64,000 nt of DNA from positions 310,001-374,000 of the forward strand of contig JAIVFI010000021.1 of assembly GCA_025558095.1 (NCBI GenBank), given 5' to 3'. Shown here piece by piece: positions 23,391 to 35,068 of the stretch (within the stretch, counting starts at the first letter, position 1; each line of letters begins with the position of its first letter). The position numbers and the translations under genes are program-made. The notes under the pieces were generated by a model. It was not told the origin of the DNA. It worked only from the letters and a program-made list of their open reading frames with translations, and did no database searches. This stretch comes from Hyaloraphidium curvatum SAG 235-1 (Eukaryota; Fungi; Monoblepharomycota).

Positions 23391-25492
23391 TCACTCCCAG
23401 TTGAGACGACTGGGGCCGACCTCGAATCCCACGCAGCGCAGCACGCGCATGATGTTCGTGCTCTGCAAATGAAGATTAGTCTTTGCAATTCAAGCAGCTG
23501 TCGAGCTACGTACCCCTGTTTGCTCGTCGAGGACACCGCTGGTGACAACGACCGGGTCGCCCGCCTGCGCCATTCCCATCTTGACGCCCCAAAGCATGGC
23601 CTTGTAGATGATGTTGTCCGGGTCCGACATGTTGGAAGCAAGGAGCGGGTAAATGCCTCTCAGGCACTGGCACTGTCTCGCTGGTGTGACCGAATGCGTG
23701 TCAGTCGCCTGCGGAGCGCCCAACAGAGAGCATTTATTACTTACCGACTTGGTCGTTCGTAGTGATTGCCAATACCGGTGCGATCGGTCGGTATTTGGCA
23801 ATGTGCCGCGCGGTGTTCCCAGACTGCGACAGCACGATGATCAGAGCAGCGTGCACGTCCCACGACGTCTTGACTGCATTGGAAGGATAAATCAGTTCTC
23901 GTCGCAAGCGCCGGTGCCGTGCCCGTCTCAGTGATCGCACTCTCTATCCCCGGTCCATTATCCGAAAGGATCGCGCGGTGGGTATCAGCAATGCTGTCTC
24001 CCGCAGCGCACAGGACCTCCGAGGCTCCCTGGGCGATCCATCTCATCCCAGACAGGCGTCGATACCCAGATTGCGATGCATACCAGCACAGCTTGCAATT
24101 CCCTCCGTGATCGTCGTCGGAAGGCGGAGATGGCGCCGGAGAGTCGGGTACAGATCCGCGTAGTTGATGTCTGCCTCCGCCTCGCGGCAGATCTTGGCCA
24201 TCACGGCCACAGCCTCGACCGGATGCGAACCCTTCGCCGTCTCGCCGCTGAGCATGACGCAGTCCGTCCCGTCCAGCACGGCGTTTGCGACGTCGGTGGC
24301 CTCGGCGCGGGTCGGCCGCGGGTTCACAACCATCGACTCCAGCATCTGGGTCGCGGTTATCACGCACTTTCCCGCAAAGTTGCACTTCCGGATCATCATC
24401 TTCTGCGCCCTCGCCACCTGCTCCACGGGGATTTCGACCCCCAGATCTGGAAGCGCAACGCCTCATTCCGAGCTCGAGGCGCTATCGGAAGCAAGCAAAC
24501 CACGAACCTCCGCGGGCCACCATGATGCCGTCCGACACCTCGAGAATGTCATCGAAATTGTCCAGACCCTCTTGGTTCTCAATCTTGCTGATGATTTTGA
24601 TGTTTGTGCCCCGAAGGAGTTCGCGGATAGCCAACACATCCTGGGGTTTGCGGATGAAGGACGCGGCAATAAAGTCGACGCCCATATCGATGCCAAACTG
24701 GATGTCGGAGGCGTCCTTCTCAGTGATTGCCGGGAGTTGGACAATAACGTTCGGCAGGTTAACGCCCTTGGTTTCCCCAAGCCAGCCTGAAGGCCTCTAC
24801 AGCTCGCAAGATGGAAAGCGGGGGTCAAGAGCACCACACGCACCGTCGTTTTCTATCTTCGTCGTCACCTCGCCGGTCTTTTCGTTGACGTGGGTCACGG
24901 TAAAGCCGATAAGCCCGTCCCCCACAAGGATCCGATTTCCCGGTCGAACACTTTGCGACAAGGCCTTGTACGTGGTGCACACCTGGGTATCGTCGCCCAG
25001 CCGGCTCGTGTCGTTGTGGAAAGTAAAGACATTGCCAGCCTTGAGCTCCACCTCCTCCCCGTCCCGCAGCTTTCCCGTCCTGGAGAGCGAGCACCACGGC
25101 AGTAAATACATAGCGAAGGTCGCATCCGGGAATAGCTGCGGCTCACCGGATCTCGGGGCCTTTCGTGTCCAACAGGATAGCGACAAACTTGGGGTTCTTG
25201 GTCTCCGTCAAGTATTGGCGCAAGTTGTTGATGGTGCTGGCATGGAACTGGATTTCGGGTTGAGGGCACTTCACAGCGGCAAGCACAAGGAGCGAACCTC
25301 GTGCGTTCCGTGGGAAAAGTTCATGCGAACCACGTTCATCCCGGCCTCCACTAGCTTCCCGATATTCGCCACAGGCTGCGTCTTCGGGCCGATGGTACAG
25401 ACGATCTTGGTCTTGATCTGAATGTTGCGGTCTGATCCGCCACGAACTCCGTTAGCGATTGGTTGCGACAGGGACCGCACGGCTTTCACCAT
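23391..25492 (-). CDS. PYK: Pyruvate kinase, multi-exon
   Basis: [94 protein letters not shown]. Confidence 0.96.
23921..24057 (-). ncRNA. Candidate intronic box C/D snoRNA or K-turn element in the 210-nt pyruvate kinase intron
   Basis: 7-bp terminal stem GCCUGUC/GACGGGC, C-like box GGGAUGA (24049-24043), D box CUGA (23931-23928), a second internal CUGA, inner stem GAUCGC/GCGAUC. Confidence 0.35.
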
Positions 25493-26161
25493 CGCTGTTG
25501 ATGTAGATCGAGGGTTGGTTCGACAGATCGGCAGGGAACTTTGGATTCGAAGATGGTGAAGACGGCGACGTGGCAGGATGACCGAGATCGGCTGACGGAG
25601 ATTGCACGTGGCCGACAACGAAGGAGTCCCTGAGTGGAGGATTTAGGGAAACGGAGGGCGGAGCTTCGGGCCCGGTTGAACCTCGGAGTCGAAGGTCGCG
25701 GAGACAATGGCCGGACAGCGAGGTCAGAGAGCAACGATGACGAGAATGAGGCCTTTCGGCCGACTGAATCGTCCCGCGGGAAGGTGTCTAGATTAAGGGC
25801 TGGGAACGGGCTCATCGGGCCTGCGAAACACCCACGCGCGTCCATCGCGAGCGGAGATTGTCGGCAGCGCAATTCTATGGGCTACCGACGCGTGTCAAAA
25901 GTCCGATGAGGGTAAAACCAGGTTATCACCGCCGGTGATGACGGCGGGGCAGCCCGCGCGGGCGGGGAGCGCGCGTGCGCGCACAACCGCCTCCCGGTGC
26001 CCCGAAGACTCGCCCGTCCAGTGACTGAGCGGGCACGCGCCGCGAGTCGCGACCAGCCCTTGGTGCCGTCTTGTGGGCTGCTCGCCGGTGACCCTGAAGG
26101 GCTTCCGCCCCGCGCGTGCCATCCCGAACCGTCGAATCGGGTGCCCCCCCCGGTTCGGCCA

Positions 26162-28595
26162 ATGGAGGGATCGGCTGCGGCTCCAGCCGCGCCGCATTTG
26201 GGGGACAATTGCTGTGCGGACCCTGCGGTCTTGCCTGCGGTACAGGAAGTCGGAGCGGCACGGATCGCGAAGGCTGCGGCCACGAAGTCCGCAGTGGCCG
26301 CGGTCCTGGAGCAGGAGGGGATTCCGGAGGAAGAAATCCAAGCCGTCGAACAGCGTGTCTCGGCACTCCAGCAGCAGTGGGCGATATTCCGAATCCCCGT
26401 GCCGAAAGTCGTCTGACCCTCAGGAACCGAACCGAAGGTTCCAGGAGCACGTCGAACGCCAACGGCGCCGCAGGATTGATGCAATTCGTACGGTTTATCC
26501 GAACATTACAGATGCTGAAGCAGAGCTGGCTTTGACTGTGAGTGCGCCTGGGCAGCGATGTGTGCCGCTCTGACCGCCTTGACTGAAAGGCTTGCGGCAA
26601 CGACGACGCGGAGGTGCTGGCCCGCCTTGCTGGTCCGAATTCGGAGGCTCTCTGGCAGTTCATCTGCCCGGTATCAGCTGCCGAGAAGCTTACGGCTCGG
26701 AAACAGAACAACCGTTCTGGGAATCCAGAGGCAGGCGGAGGCGAGGGCAACGAGAGCCCGGCTTCCGGGACCGTTGCGGGCATGCGAACCAAAACACGGA
26801 AGAAGGCCAAAAGCGGAGCTGTCTCATCCGTTCGGCTCGGGATCACGCTCGACAAGGACGAGGACGAGTCACCTGCTCCGAGCCCAGTTACCACCACCAC
26901 CCCTATTCTGGCGGAACTGGGCGATCTCGACGCCATCACAGAGGTCCCACCATTCGGAGAGAGTGGCTCACGTTCGGATGTGGGCCGTGTTGGGCTTGAC
27001 GAGGGTCGCCGCCGCCCCCAAAAGAGAAAGAGGAATCTGGAGGACGACGCGACAGGAGGCTACGGTTCCAGTGGAGACTCCAATACGGCGGCAGCAGCGG
27101 ATCCGGAGGGCGACCTGGACAACATCACCTACCCCTTGGAGCTGCCGTCGTGCAATACCGTGATACTGTCGCTCGGACGGTTGCACAAGATCGCTGACAA
27201 CGATTGGTGGGCGAGCCCAACTAGGGTGAGTGAGCCAGCGGCCGTGGGCTTCCGACGTTCTCCAGCGACTTTGCACGACGCCAGAGCCTCTACTATCACC
27301 CATATCCGCTCGGATTTCACGCGCAAAAGATGGTGTGGGACAGGCTCTTTGACATGTTCATCGACGAGGTCAGCTGATTGCTGTTCTGGCGCTGCTTTCC
27401 TCACCGATAACATGCCCCAGTGTCCGCTCACGGGGAAGCCCGTCTTTCGCGTCGGGTTCGCCTCCACCGACAAGTGGTTTCAGGGATACACTCCGACCGA
27501 TCCCTGGACCAAATGGTGTCTCGAGCAGAGCAAGAACGGCAACTCGCGGGCCAGGTGCGAGCTGGACCTTGGTCGTCGTCTCCGTGCTTCCTTTGACTGG
27601 CTTGTTCCAGCGGTCCGGCGTTCTACGGGTTTTCGGACAAGGTGTTGCAGTACGCCCTCCGCCGCCTCGTTATCCGCACCGACGTGCACGAGTACCGGTA
27701 CCGCATGGGGGACTCGGGCATCACGGACTCGGAGTTTTCGCCGCCTTCCGTGAAGGTCGACGACTTTTCGCCCGACGAGCGCAGGATCCTCGTTGCGCAG
27801 GTCTCCCTGCTTGCCGCGGACTCAAAGGGACGCTTTCATTGGGGCGCCGTCGCTGCGGCGTTGCCCCGCCGGCCGGGCTATCTGTGCCAGCTGGAGTACA
27901 ACCGCCTATGCAGGACCCGGGAGGTGGCCGCCTCCTTGCCCGTTCCGGGGGTGAACGTGAAGGATCCGTACGTCCCCGCGGACCAGCTCACAAAGGGCCT
28001 CGGCAACAGCGGTGGGGGCAGGAAGAAGAAGGGAGAGGCTCGAACCGTTGACCAGTCGGCGTCAAAGAAGCGCTCTTCCCGGGGCCGACCGCCGGGAAGA
28101 GTCAAGGGCCGGGCCCGGACAGGGGACAGTGACGATGGCGACGAAAGCGGGGTCGCGGGAGACGGCGGGCCGGATTCCGAACCCGACCCCGACAATCCCT
28201 GCCCAGACAAGCGGGACTCCGTTACGTTCTCCAGGATGCGGGTGCCGACCGTTTGTCCCTGCGGTAAGGTCGCTGTCGCTCGAGCGGGGACGAACTCTGA
28301 GTCCCGTACAGGTTACGTCTGCGACTACTCGACTTGGTTGCGTGTGCTCTCGGGAGGCACGACGCTTAACGAGAACCTACTGTTCGCTGAAGATCGCGAG
28401 AACCAGCCTCCCGAGGTTTGTGAGCACCCAGATTCTGTCCAGCTCCGTTCCGTTGACCGCTCTCGTGTACCTTTGCGATCGCAGGGTCCCAAGGACACTT
28501 GCCCATTCACCAAGCAGCACCACACGCGTCGGATGCTGGTCAAGCTGACGATCGACAACTGGGCCGAATGGGAAGGCAAAATCCGCGATGTTTGA
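26162..28595 (+). CDS. Nuclear protein with CUE/UBA-like, FYRN-FYRC, Myb-like and C-terminal U-box/RING-like domains; start uncertain
   Basis: IRTVYPNITDAEAELAL (CUE-like); ILSLGRL..HPYPLGF..PVFRV..GYTPTDPW..SGPAFYGFSD (FYRN/FYRC); FSPDERRIL..HWGAVAAALPRRPGYLCQLEY (Myb); NPCPDKRDSVTF..GYVCDYSTWLRVL..CPFTK (U-box-like). Confidence 0.7.
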
Positions 28596-28636
28596 TGGAT
28601 TGGTTGCAGAAACAATACAGAATCTTTGACTGAAAG

Positions 28637-30295
28637 CTACACTGCGACCGCCGCCGTCTCCGGCTCCACCGAAGCCACGGCCTCCAACTCCGGCTCCACC
28701 GAGGCCAGGGGTTCTGCCGGCGCCGCAGCCTCCTGGGGCGGCGGGTCCGAGCTCGGGTACTCGGAAAGCGGGACCTCGCCCCCAGGCCCGGGAACAGGGT
28801 GGGCCCTCGCGCGGCCCACGTGCGCATAGGCGCCATAGGCCTGCTGGAACGAGGCGATGGCGGACAGCAGCCTCGCCATCAGATCGCGGCTGCCCTCCTC
28901 CCCGGGGTTCGCGGGGGGGGCCGGATCCTCGGCGGGATCCGGCACGTCCAGGCCGAGCAGGGGTATGTGGTTGAGCTGCATCCGATGGGCCCATTCGGTC
29001 AGCATGCGGACGCGCTTGCACATCTCCCCGAGCGAGGCCTTGCTGCTGGGTGTCTTGGGCTTCACAGCTGGCAGCTCGGCGATGTTGACCGGGGCGCCCG
29101 GCGGGTGCGAGTGGTCCACGACGTGACGCGCCTGCTGCTGCTGCTGCTGCTCCTTTGCCGCGTTGTGGTGGGCGGCTGCCTTTTTGCCAAAGTTGGCCCC
29201 GCGTCCGGGCCCGCCCGCGCCGCCGGCTGGAGAATGGAAGAAGGATGTCAGTGATCCTACTTTGCTGGACGACCCTCTCGCGAAACACCCACGTCGCTTT
29301 TCGGGAACCGGGCGCGGCTTGGGCGCGGGCTTCTCCCACTGCGAAGGCGGCGTGCTGTCGGTCTCCGAGTCGCCCGCGTCGCCGTTGGGCGGGCTCTCGC
29401 CGACGGCCGCTTCCCCGGCCGCCGAGGCGTCGCCGTCCGGGCCGCCGCTGGTGCCGCCGGCGCCGTGCGAGGGCTTGCCCGGCTTCTTTGGCCGGATCTC
29501 TCCCACCGATTCGGCCTCGCTGTCTGACTTGAACTCGCTCTCGGCGACGCGGGAGCCGACGTTGTCGCGGCCCCCGCGGCCGGGACCGCCGTAGCGGCCG
29601 CGCTTCGCGCCGCGGCCGCCGCCACCCGACGCGGGGCGGGGGGCGTACTCGTCCGCCTGGGACGAGTCCTCGTCCTCGGGGCTGGAGCCGTCGGCGTCGC
29701 GCTTCCTGGGACCCGTGCCGCGCTTCCGCTTGCGTGGCTTTGCCGATCCCGAGCCACCTCCGTCCGATTCGGCTTCCCGCGAGCCCTCATTTGTAGACAG
29801 CTGGAACAGTTCCGTGAAGGACTGCGACGCTTCCATCGAGTTCATTGTCTTGCGCTTGGACGGGGCCGCGCGGTCCGTTTTGAGGTTGGAGGCGCCCAAC
29901 CCTAGGAGGTCGCGAGACGGCTTGCGGCGCCAGGCAGTAGCGGCCAGCAGGTGTCTGTTGTAAGGGTGCAAGTCCGGGCGGCAGTTTGAGCAGTAGTAAT
30001 GCTTGGGAGTCAGCTGCACCACCACGGTCACCACATTGGGCCTGCCCCCAGCAGACGAGAAGCAACTCACAGACCGGGTCGGGATGTTCACACACTCTCC
30101 ATGCTGCCACGTAAGACATGTAGGTACTTCGCATTGAATCATGAAGCCCTCGGAGTCGGTCCTGCCGCAGACGCAGTTGACGGCGCCGTCGTCCGAGTGT
30201 TCGGAGAGTTCTGAGAGCGGCGCGCCCGACCCCGCGGGCGACGGCGGGCCGGGCGGCGCGTCCGCGTCAGATCCAACATGCTGCGCGTCCTCCAT
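28637..30295 (-). CDS. CTI6: PHD-finger Rpd3L HDAC complex subunit, Cti6-like
   Basis: VNCVCG..FMIQCEVPTCLTWQHGECV..YYCSNCRPDLH; KRKTMNS; KPKTPSSKASLGEMCKRV; DLMARLLSAIASFQQAYG, matching the Cti6 motif order. Confidence 0.8.
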   Translation of the reverse strand: MEDAQHVGSDADAPPGPPSPAGSGAPLSELSEHSDDGAVNCVCGRTDSEGFMIQCEVPTCLTWQHGECVNIPTRSVSCFSSAGGRPNVVTVVVQLTPKHYYCSNCRPDLHPYNRHLLAATAWRRKPSRDLLGLGASNLKTDRAAPSKRKTMNSMEASQSFTELFQLSTNEGSREAESDGGGSGSAKPRKRKRGTGPRKRDADGSSPEDEDSSQADEYAPRPASGGGGRGAKRGRYGGPGRGGRDNVGSRVAESEFKSDSEAESVGEIRPKKPGKPSHGAGGTSGGPDGDASAAGEAAVGESPPNGDAGDSETDSTPPSQWEKPAPKPRPVPEKRRGCFARGSSSKVGSLTSFFHSPAGGAGGPGRGANFGKKAAAHHNAAKEQQQQQQARHVVDHSHPPGAPVNIAELPAVKPKTPSSKASLGEMCKRVRMLTEWAHRMQLNHIPLLGLDVPDPAEDPAPPANPGEEGSRDLMARLLSAIASFQQAYGAYAHVGRARAHPVPGPGGEVPLSEYPSSDPPPQEAAAPAEPLASVEPELEAVASVEPETAAVAV

Positions 30296-30406
30296 TTAAG
30301 CGGAGGGCAGCGGAGCGGTGGGAGGGTGTGGGGGAAGTGGAAAAGGTGGTGCAAGCGGCGTGATGGGAGCACTTCCCCGCCGGCCCGTCCCCGCCCCGCC
30401 CCAAAG

Positions 30407-31487
30407 ATGGCCTCCGCGGACGCAGCGGCCGAGCACCTGCGCGGGCTGCTGCCGCCCGACCTGCGCGCGGTCGAGATCGGCGTGATCTGCGGAAGCGGGC
30501 TCGCGGGGCTCGCGGCGCTGGTCGACCCCGCCGCGCGCGTCGCGATCCCCTACGCCGACATCCCCGGCTTCGCGGTGCCGCGCGTCGCCGGCCACCCCGG
30601 CCAGCTGGTCGTCGGCCGCCTCGGCGACCGCGTGTGCGCGCTGCTCGTCGGCCGCTTCCACTGGTACGAGGGCCACCCGCTCGCCGTAAACACCTTCCCC
30701 GTGCGCGTGCTGCGGCGGCTGGGCGCGTCCACGCTGGTCGTCACGAACGCGGCAGGGGCTCTGAACCCGTCCTTCGCGCCCGGGACCCTCATGGTCATCA
30801 AGGACCACCTCAATCTGCCCGGGCTCGCTGGCGCCTCGCCGCTCACCGGCCCCAACGACGACTCGTTCGGGCCGCGATTCCCGGCAATGTCGGACGCGTA
30901 CGACCCGGAGCTGCGCAAGGCCTTCTTCCGGGCCGCGATCGGCTCGGAGCTCGCCGTCGAGGAGGGCACGTACGTCTTTGTCGCGGGACCTTCCTATGAG
31001 ACGCGCGCAGAGTGCAGGATGCTGCGGAGCATGGGTGCGGACGCCGTAGGTGGGCGCACATCTATTGCCGTGGCACGGGGGACGCGGCTCGAGCGCGCCG
31101 CCGCCAGGCATGAGCACCGTCCCCGAAGTGGTCGTCGCGCGGCACTGCGGCATGCGGGTCTTTGGGTACGCCATGCTGCCCGCGATCCGGTGGCCGCGTT
31201 TGACCGCGGCACCCCCAGGCTGTCTCTCCTCACGAACCCCGTCGACACTACCGAGGTGCCCGGAGTCAAGGAGCTGGTCCTCGCCGAGAGCAGGGGCCAG
31301 CCGGTGCCCGAGGAGCCCAAGCACCAGACCGTGAACCACGAGGAGGTCCTGGACACGGCCAACAAGGTGGCCGTCGCTCTGCAGGCGCTGATGAAAAAGG
31401 TACGCGGGTCGCGATCTGGTTCGGCCGATCGCCGCCTGACGTGACCATCCCGCGGAACAGGCGATCCTCGCGTTCCCCCGGCAATAG
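30407..31487 (+). CDS. PNP1: Purine nucleoside phosphorylase (trimeric PNP)
   Basis: [81 protein letters not shown]. Confidence 0.95.
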
Positions 31488-31499
31488 CGACTCGCGTGT

Positions 31500-31832
31500 T
31501 TACGTCGCCGAAAGGCCAATGTAGCGCCGAACGATCGCGGAGCACACAGATGCGATCGTGGCCACCAAAGCCGGCCTCACCGCGGTTCCGAGGACGAATC
31601 CCCGCCTGCGATCTGCCACGTCGTCCTCCGAAAGGCGCAGAAACGCGTCCTCCGCCATCCTTGCCGCGTGTATTGTCGTCCAGAAGGCCCCGAGAAAGAG
31701 CGGCGGGAGCGTCACTGCCGCGAGGGTCGACGTCGGGGTTGCGGCTCCCAAGAAGACGGCTGCGACGTCGAGCGCGGACTGGAAGGCACGGGTGGGAAGC
31801 GTAATGCTCCGCACTTGCTCAAACAAGGGCAT
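31500..31832 (-). CDS. Possible small hydrophobic hypothetical protein (110 aa)
   Basis: ATG-initiated ORF that fills the gap between the PNP stop and the TPR gene start; hydrophobic segments; no recognised family. Confidence 0.35.
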   Translation of the reverse strand: MPLFEQVRSITLPTRAFQSALDVAAVFLGAATPTSTLAAVTLPPLFLGAFWTTIHAARMAEDAFLRLSEDDVADRRRGFVLGTAVRPALVATIASVCSAIVRRYIGLSAT

Positions 31833-31912
31833 CGAAGGCCGTGCGACGACGAAGCTTGACCAACGAGAGTGATCGACCGCCGCCGACGACCAAGCAAAGA
31901 ATCGCGCGCCAG

Positions 31913-33218
31913 ATGGCGCTCGCGAGCAAGGTCAAGAGCCTTCCGGACAGCTACGATGAGCACGAGATCTGCGCGTGCTGCCGCAACTCGCTCAAGCGGA
32001 GCGGCGCGGTGCCGGCCGGGAGCGCAAACCGCGGCCGGCACGGCGCCGCCGAATCCTCCGCGACCCCCGCGGCGCCCCGGCTCGTTGTCCCGGCGTCGCC
32101 GACGCTGACGCCGACAGCGGACAAGGCGGAATCAAAGGCGGACCTGCAGAACCAATGGGTCCGGAGGGGGAACGACCTCAAGGACGTCGGCCGCTACGAG
32201 GATTCCATCGCGGCCTACTCCAACGCCATCGGGTGCGATCCCTCGAACCCTTTCCTCTACTATCTCCGCGCCGTGGCGTGCGAGAACCTGCCGGACTGGA
32301 AGGCCGCCACGGACGACCTGGAGACGCTCATGGGGCTCATCGAGACGGGCCAGGCCACGGCCCGGGTGTCGATGAGCTTCAAGGCCGCGGGGAGCCAGGG
32401 GGACATGCAGGTGTCCCAGGAGTACCTTTGGCTCATGTCGATGGGCTTCAGGGCAGTGTGCCGCGAGGAATGCGTCTCGGCGGCTCACAAGCGCGGGGAT
32501 CCGATCGACTACGCCATGGTCGAGAGCGCGCTCGAGGACGTCCGGCTGTTCCTCGCGGCCTTTCGCGCCCTGCCGGCCGAGGGCTCGAGCATCTTCAGCA
32601 CCTACCTGGGCGCGTACCGCCGGGGCCGCGTGCTGCTCTCGCGCCAGAAGCTGCGCGCCCTGTGCGGCAAGTACTCGGCTGCCCTGGACGACGCGCTCGA
32701 GGTGCTCAAGAAGGAGACCAGGGCCGATTTCTGCGAGGTCGCGGGGGACATGTACCGGATGTGCAACATGCCGGGGGACGCGAGCCGCATGTACGCGCTC
32801 GCGGCCTCCAAAACGAGGGCGTCGAACCAGCTCAGGTTCAAGCAGGCCGTCACGAGCGCGGCCGCGGAGAAATGGAGGGAAGCCTGGTGCGTCGGTGCCG
32901 CGCGGAACGGGTGGCTTGCGACTGACGCGACTTCACGTTAGGTACATCTACGAGGACATCCAGCGGCGGTACCTCCGCGGCGACTACGCCAAGGACCTGG
33001 CCGGGGAAATGGACGACTTTTATGAGTTTGTCGCCGATGCATACCCGGCCATCGACAGCTCGGCGAGCGTGGCCGACAGCCTGCAGATCATCATCGCCGA
33101 TCTGCACAAGAAGGTGAACGGGAGCGGGACCACGCTGGGTGAACCGGTGCAGCCTGCCGATAAGCCATCGGCGGGTAAGAAATCTAGGAAGAAGATTGCT
33201 GCTCCGTCGGAAGACTGA
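31913..33218 (+). CDS. TPR-repeat hypothetical protein (2 exons)
   Basis: WVRRGNDLKDVGRYEDSIAAYSNAIGCDPSNPFLYYLRAVAC is a TPR; intron at about 32888-32941; high GC3. Confidence 0.7.
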
Positions 33219-33319
33219 AATTGAGTGAGGAATGAACCGGCAGCATTTCCGCGCCTCACTCGGCCGATATCATCAGGGCCGGAGGGTCGTCTCCCACCTC
33301 TCGTCCGGCCACGACCATC

Positions 33320-34603
33320 ATGCAGCCCTCAGCGCCCGCGCTGAACAGAAAGAGCTCCCGGAATGCCGCAGTCCTCTCGCTGCTCCGGGACCGAGAACTT
33401 TCGTTGTCTCCGCCGCGCGGCCAGTTTGCGAACGCGTTCTTCCCGGACGTCGGGCGCCAGATCGCCGAGTTCGACAGCCGAGCGTACATCGGCTCGTTCT
33501 CCCATGACGGTGGCCTGTTCTATAGCGCAACACAGGACTGGCAGCTGCACGTCTTTGATGGCCACACGTTCGAGAAGAAGCTGGCGATTCGGGCCGTGCC
33601 TGGGCAATGGACGATCACCGACGCGGACCTCGAGTCGACGGGCACCTGGCTCGCGTACAGCTCCATCACGCCCATCGTCCACATCACGCGTTTGGACAGC
33701 CAGAGCGTGCAAATGCCCCTCAACTTTGACGAGACCGGCATGGGACGTTTCGGGCTGTGGTCACTGCGGTGGTCCAACGACGGCGGACAGCTCGCGGTCG
33801 GGACCTCGGATTATTCGATCCTGGTGATGGACGCCGTCACGGGGCAGCTGATCAATAGGGTAGCGGCCCATCAAGACGACGTCAACGCCGTGCAGTACGC
33901 CGACACCTCAACAAACGTCCTCTGTTCTGCGAGCGATGATTGTCTCATCAAGATCTGGGATCGGAGGGCGCTGTCCAACAGGCCGCAGGGGCTCCTGGTG
34001 GGCCACACGGAAGGAATTAGTTATCTCGCGGCAAAGGACGGCCGGCACCTGGCGTCGAACGGGAAGGACCAAGTGTTGAAGCTCTGGGACTTGCGGCGCA
34101 TGGCCCCGGCGGACATCCTGGGGAGCGCTCAAGCGGCCTGCAACCGCGTGCGCCAAGATTTTGACTACAGATTCCAAGCTTATCCTGCGATCCCAGGTCG
34201 GATCCGGCATCCCATGGACGCCTCCGTGCGGAGCTTCACTGGCCACTCGGTTCTCAAAACCCTCATCCGGTGCCATTTCTCGCCCCAACACGCCACGGGA
34301 CAGCGCTACGTGTACAGCGGTTCGGCCGACGGCATGATCCACATCTTCGACACGCTGGGCGACGACGTGAGGATCCTCGACGTGAACGACGTCCTGAGAA
34401 AGGCGCGGGGCCCCGGAGAAAGGGATCCGAATCAGGACGCCCTTTCACTATTTCTCATGCGCTACCTCGGCGGTCGCGGCATGGGCGAGATGAGCCGCAG
34501 GAGCGTGTGCGTCCGGGACGTCAGCTGGCATCCCCATGCGCCCGTGCTCGCATCAACTTCTTGGACCGCTGATGGAGGTGCGCTTGCAGTCCACGAGCGT
34601 TGA
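33320..34603 (+). CDS. DCAF11: WD40 protein DCAF11/WDR23 (LEC14B family), intronless
   Basis: WTITDADL, AHQDDVNAV, IKIWDRR, GHTEGISY, SNGKDQVLKLWDLR, DYR, GHSVLKTLIRCHFSP, TGQRYVYSGSADG, VRDVSWHP. Confidence 0.9.
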   Translation: MQPSAPALNRKSSRNAAVLSLLRDRELSLSPPRGQFANAFFPDVGRQIAEFDSRAYIGSFSHDGGLFYSATQDWQLHVFDGHTFEKKLAIRAVPGQWTITDADLESTGTWLAYSSITPIVHITRLDSQSVQMPLNFDETGMGRFGLWSLRWSNDGGQLAVGTSDYSILVMDAVTGQLINRVAAHQDDVNAVQYADTSTNVLCSASDDCLIKIWDRRALSNRPQGLLVGHTEGISYLAAKDGRHLASNGKDQVLKLWDLRRMAPADILGSAQAACNRVRQDFDYRFQAYPAIPGRIRHPMDASVRSFTGHSVLKTLIRCHFSPQHATGQRYVYSGSADGMIHIFDTLGDDVRILDVNDVLRKARGPGERDPNQDALSLFLMRYLGGRGMGEMSRRSVCVRDVSWHPHAPVLASTSWTADGGALAVHER

Positions 34604-35068
34604 GCCTCATCGCTGGAAAGCTGTCGAGAGCGCTTGCGGTCCGTCCGCTAAAAGCTATCATTGGAACGCGACCCCTCGCTTGACCGCTTGACTCTGCCCC
34701 ACGGAACTGAACCCGGTGCCCTCAGCGGATGCCAGCTTGATAATGCTCTTGTCTGCAGAGGGTTTTGCAGGTTCAGAGCGTTTGCTTGAACGGGGCCCGG
34801 TAGAAACCAACACGTGACGGAGCAGACAAAGCAAACACTGCCGCCGCTGATGAACTTGTCCATGCATTCGGAGCAGAGGACGTGCCCGCACGGCGAGAGC
34901 ACTGAAGGAAGGAATTCTAGCTTTCTGTGGCTGCACAAACAAGCACACGCACACGATATCTTGGAGCCATTTGTGAAAGATTTTGTGCAAGATGGGCATG
35001 AGTTCTACAGTCCCATCTCCACCATCGACAATGTTGAATTTGATGGCGGCCGGTTTCTTCACGCTGTG
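34506..35068. repeat. Direct duplication copy A (DCAF11 3' end plus NOSIP last exons)
   Basis: Aligns by eye along its length with 38178-38780, with scattered substitutions and small indels. Confidence 0.95.
34658..35068 (-). pseudogene. 5'-truncated, frameshifted copy of the NOSIP C-terminal RING exons
   Basis: Lacks the 8 nt AGGCTTCT present in the intact copy (about 38708-38715), which shifts the frame just before CPSC; no 5' exons. Confidence 0.85.

Noticed and set aside
23930-24000. TPP riboswitch-like GGAUAAUG loop in the PK intron
   Set aside because: It lacks the CUGAGA junction and proper P4/P5 pairing; the C/D K-turn reading fits better.
25486-25872. Minus-strand ORF upstream of pyruvate kinase (uORF or extra exon)
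   Set aside because: Out of frame with PK, no convincing splice donor and no homology; cannot be supported without transcripts.
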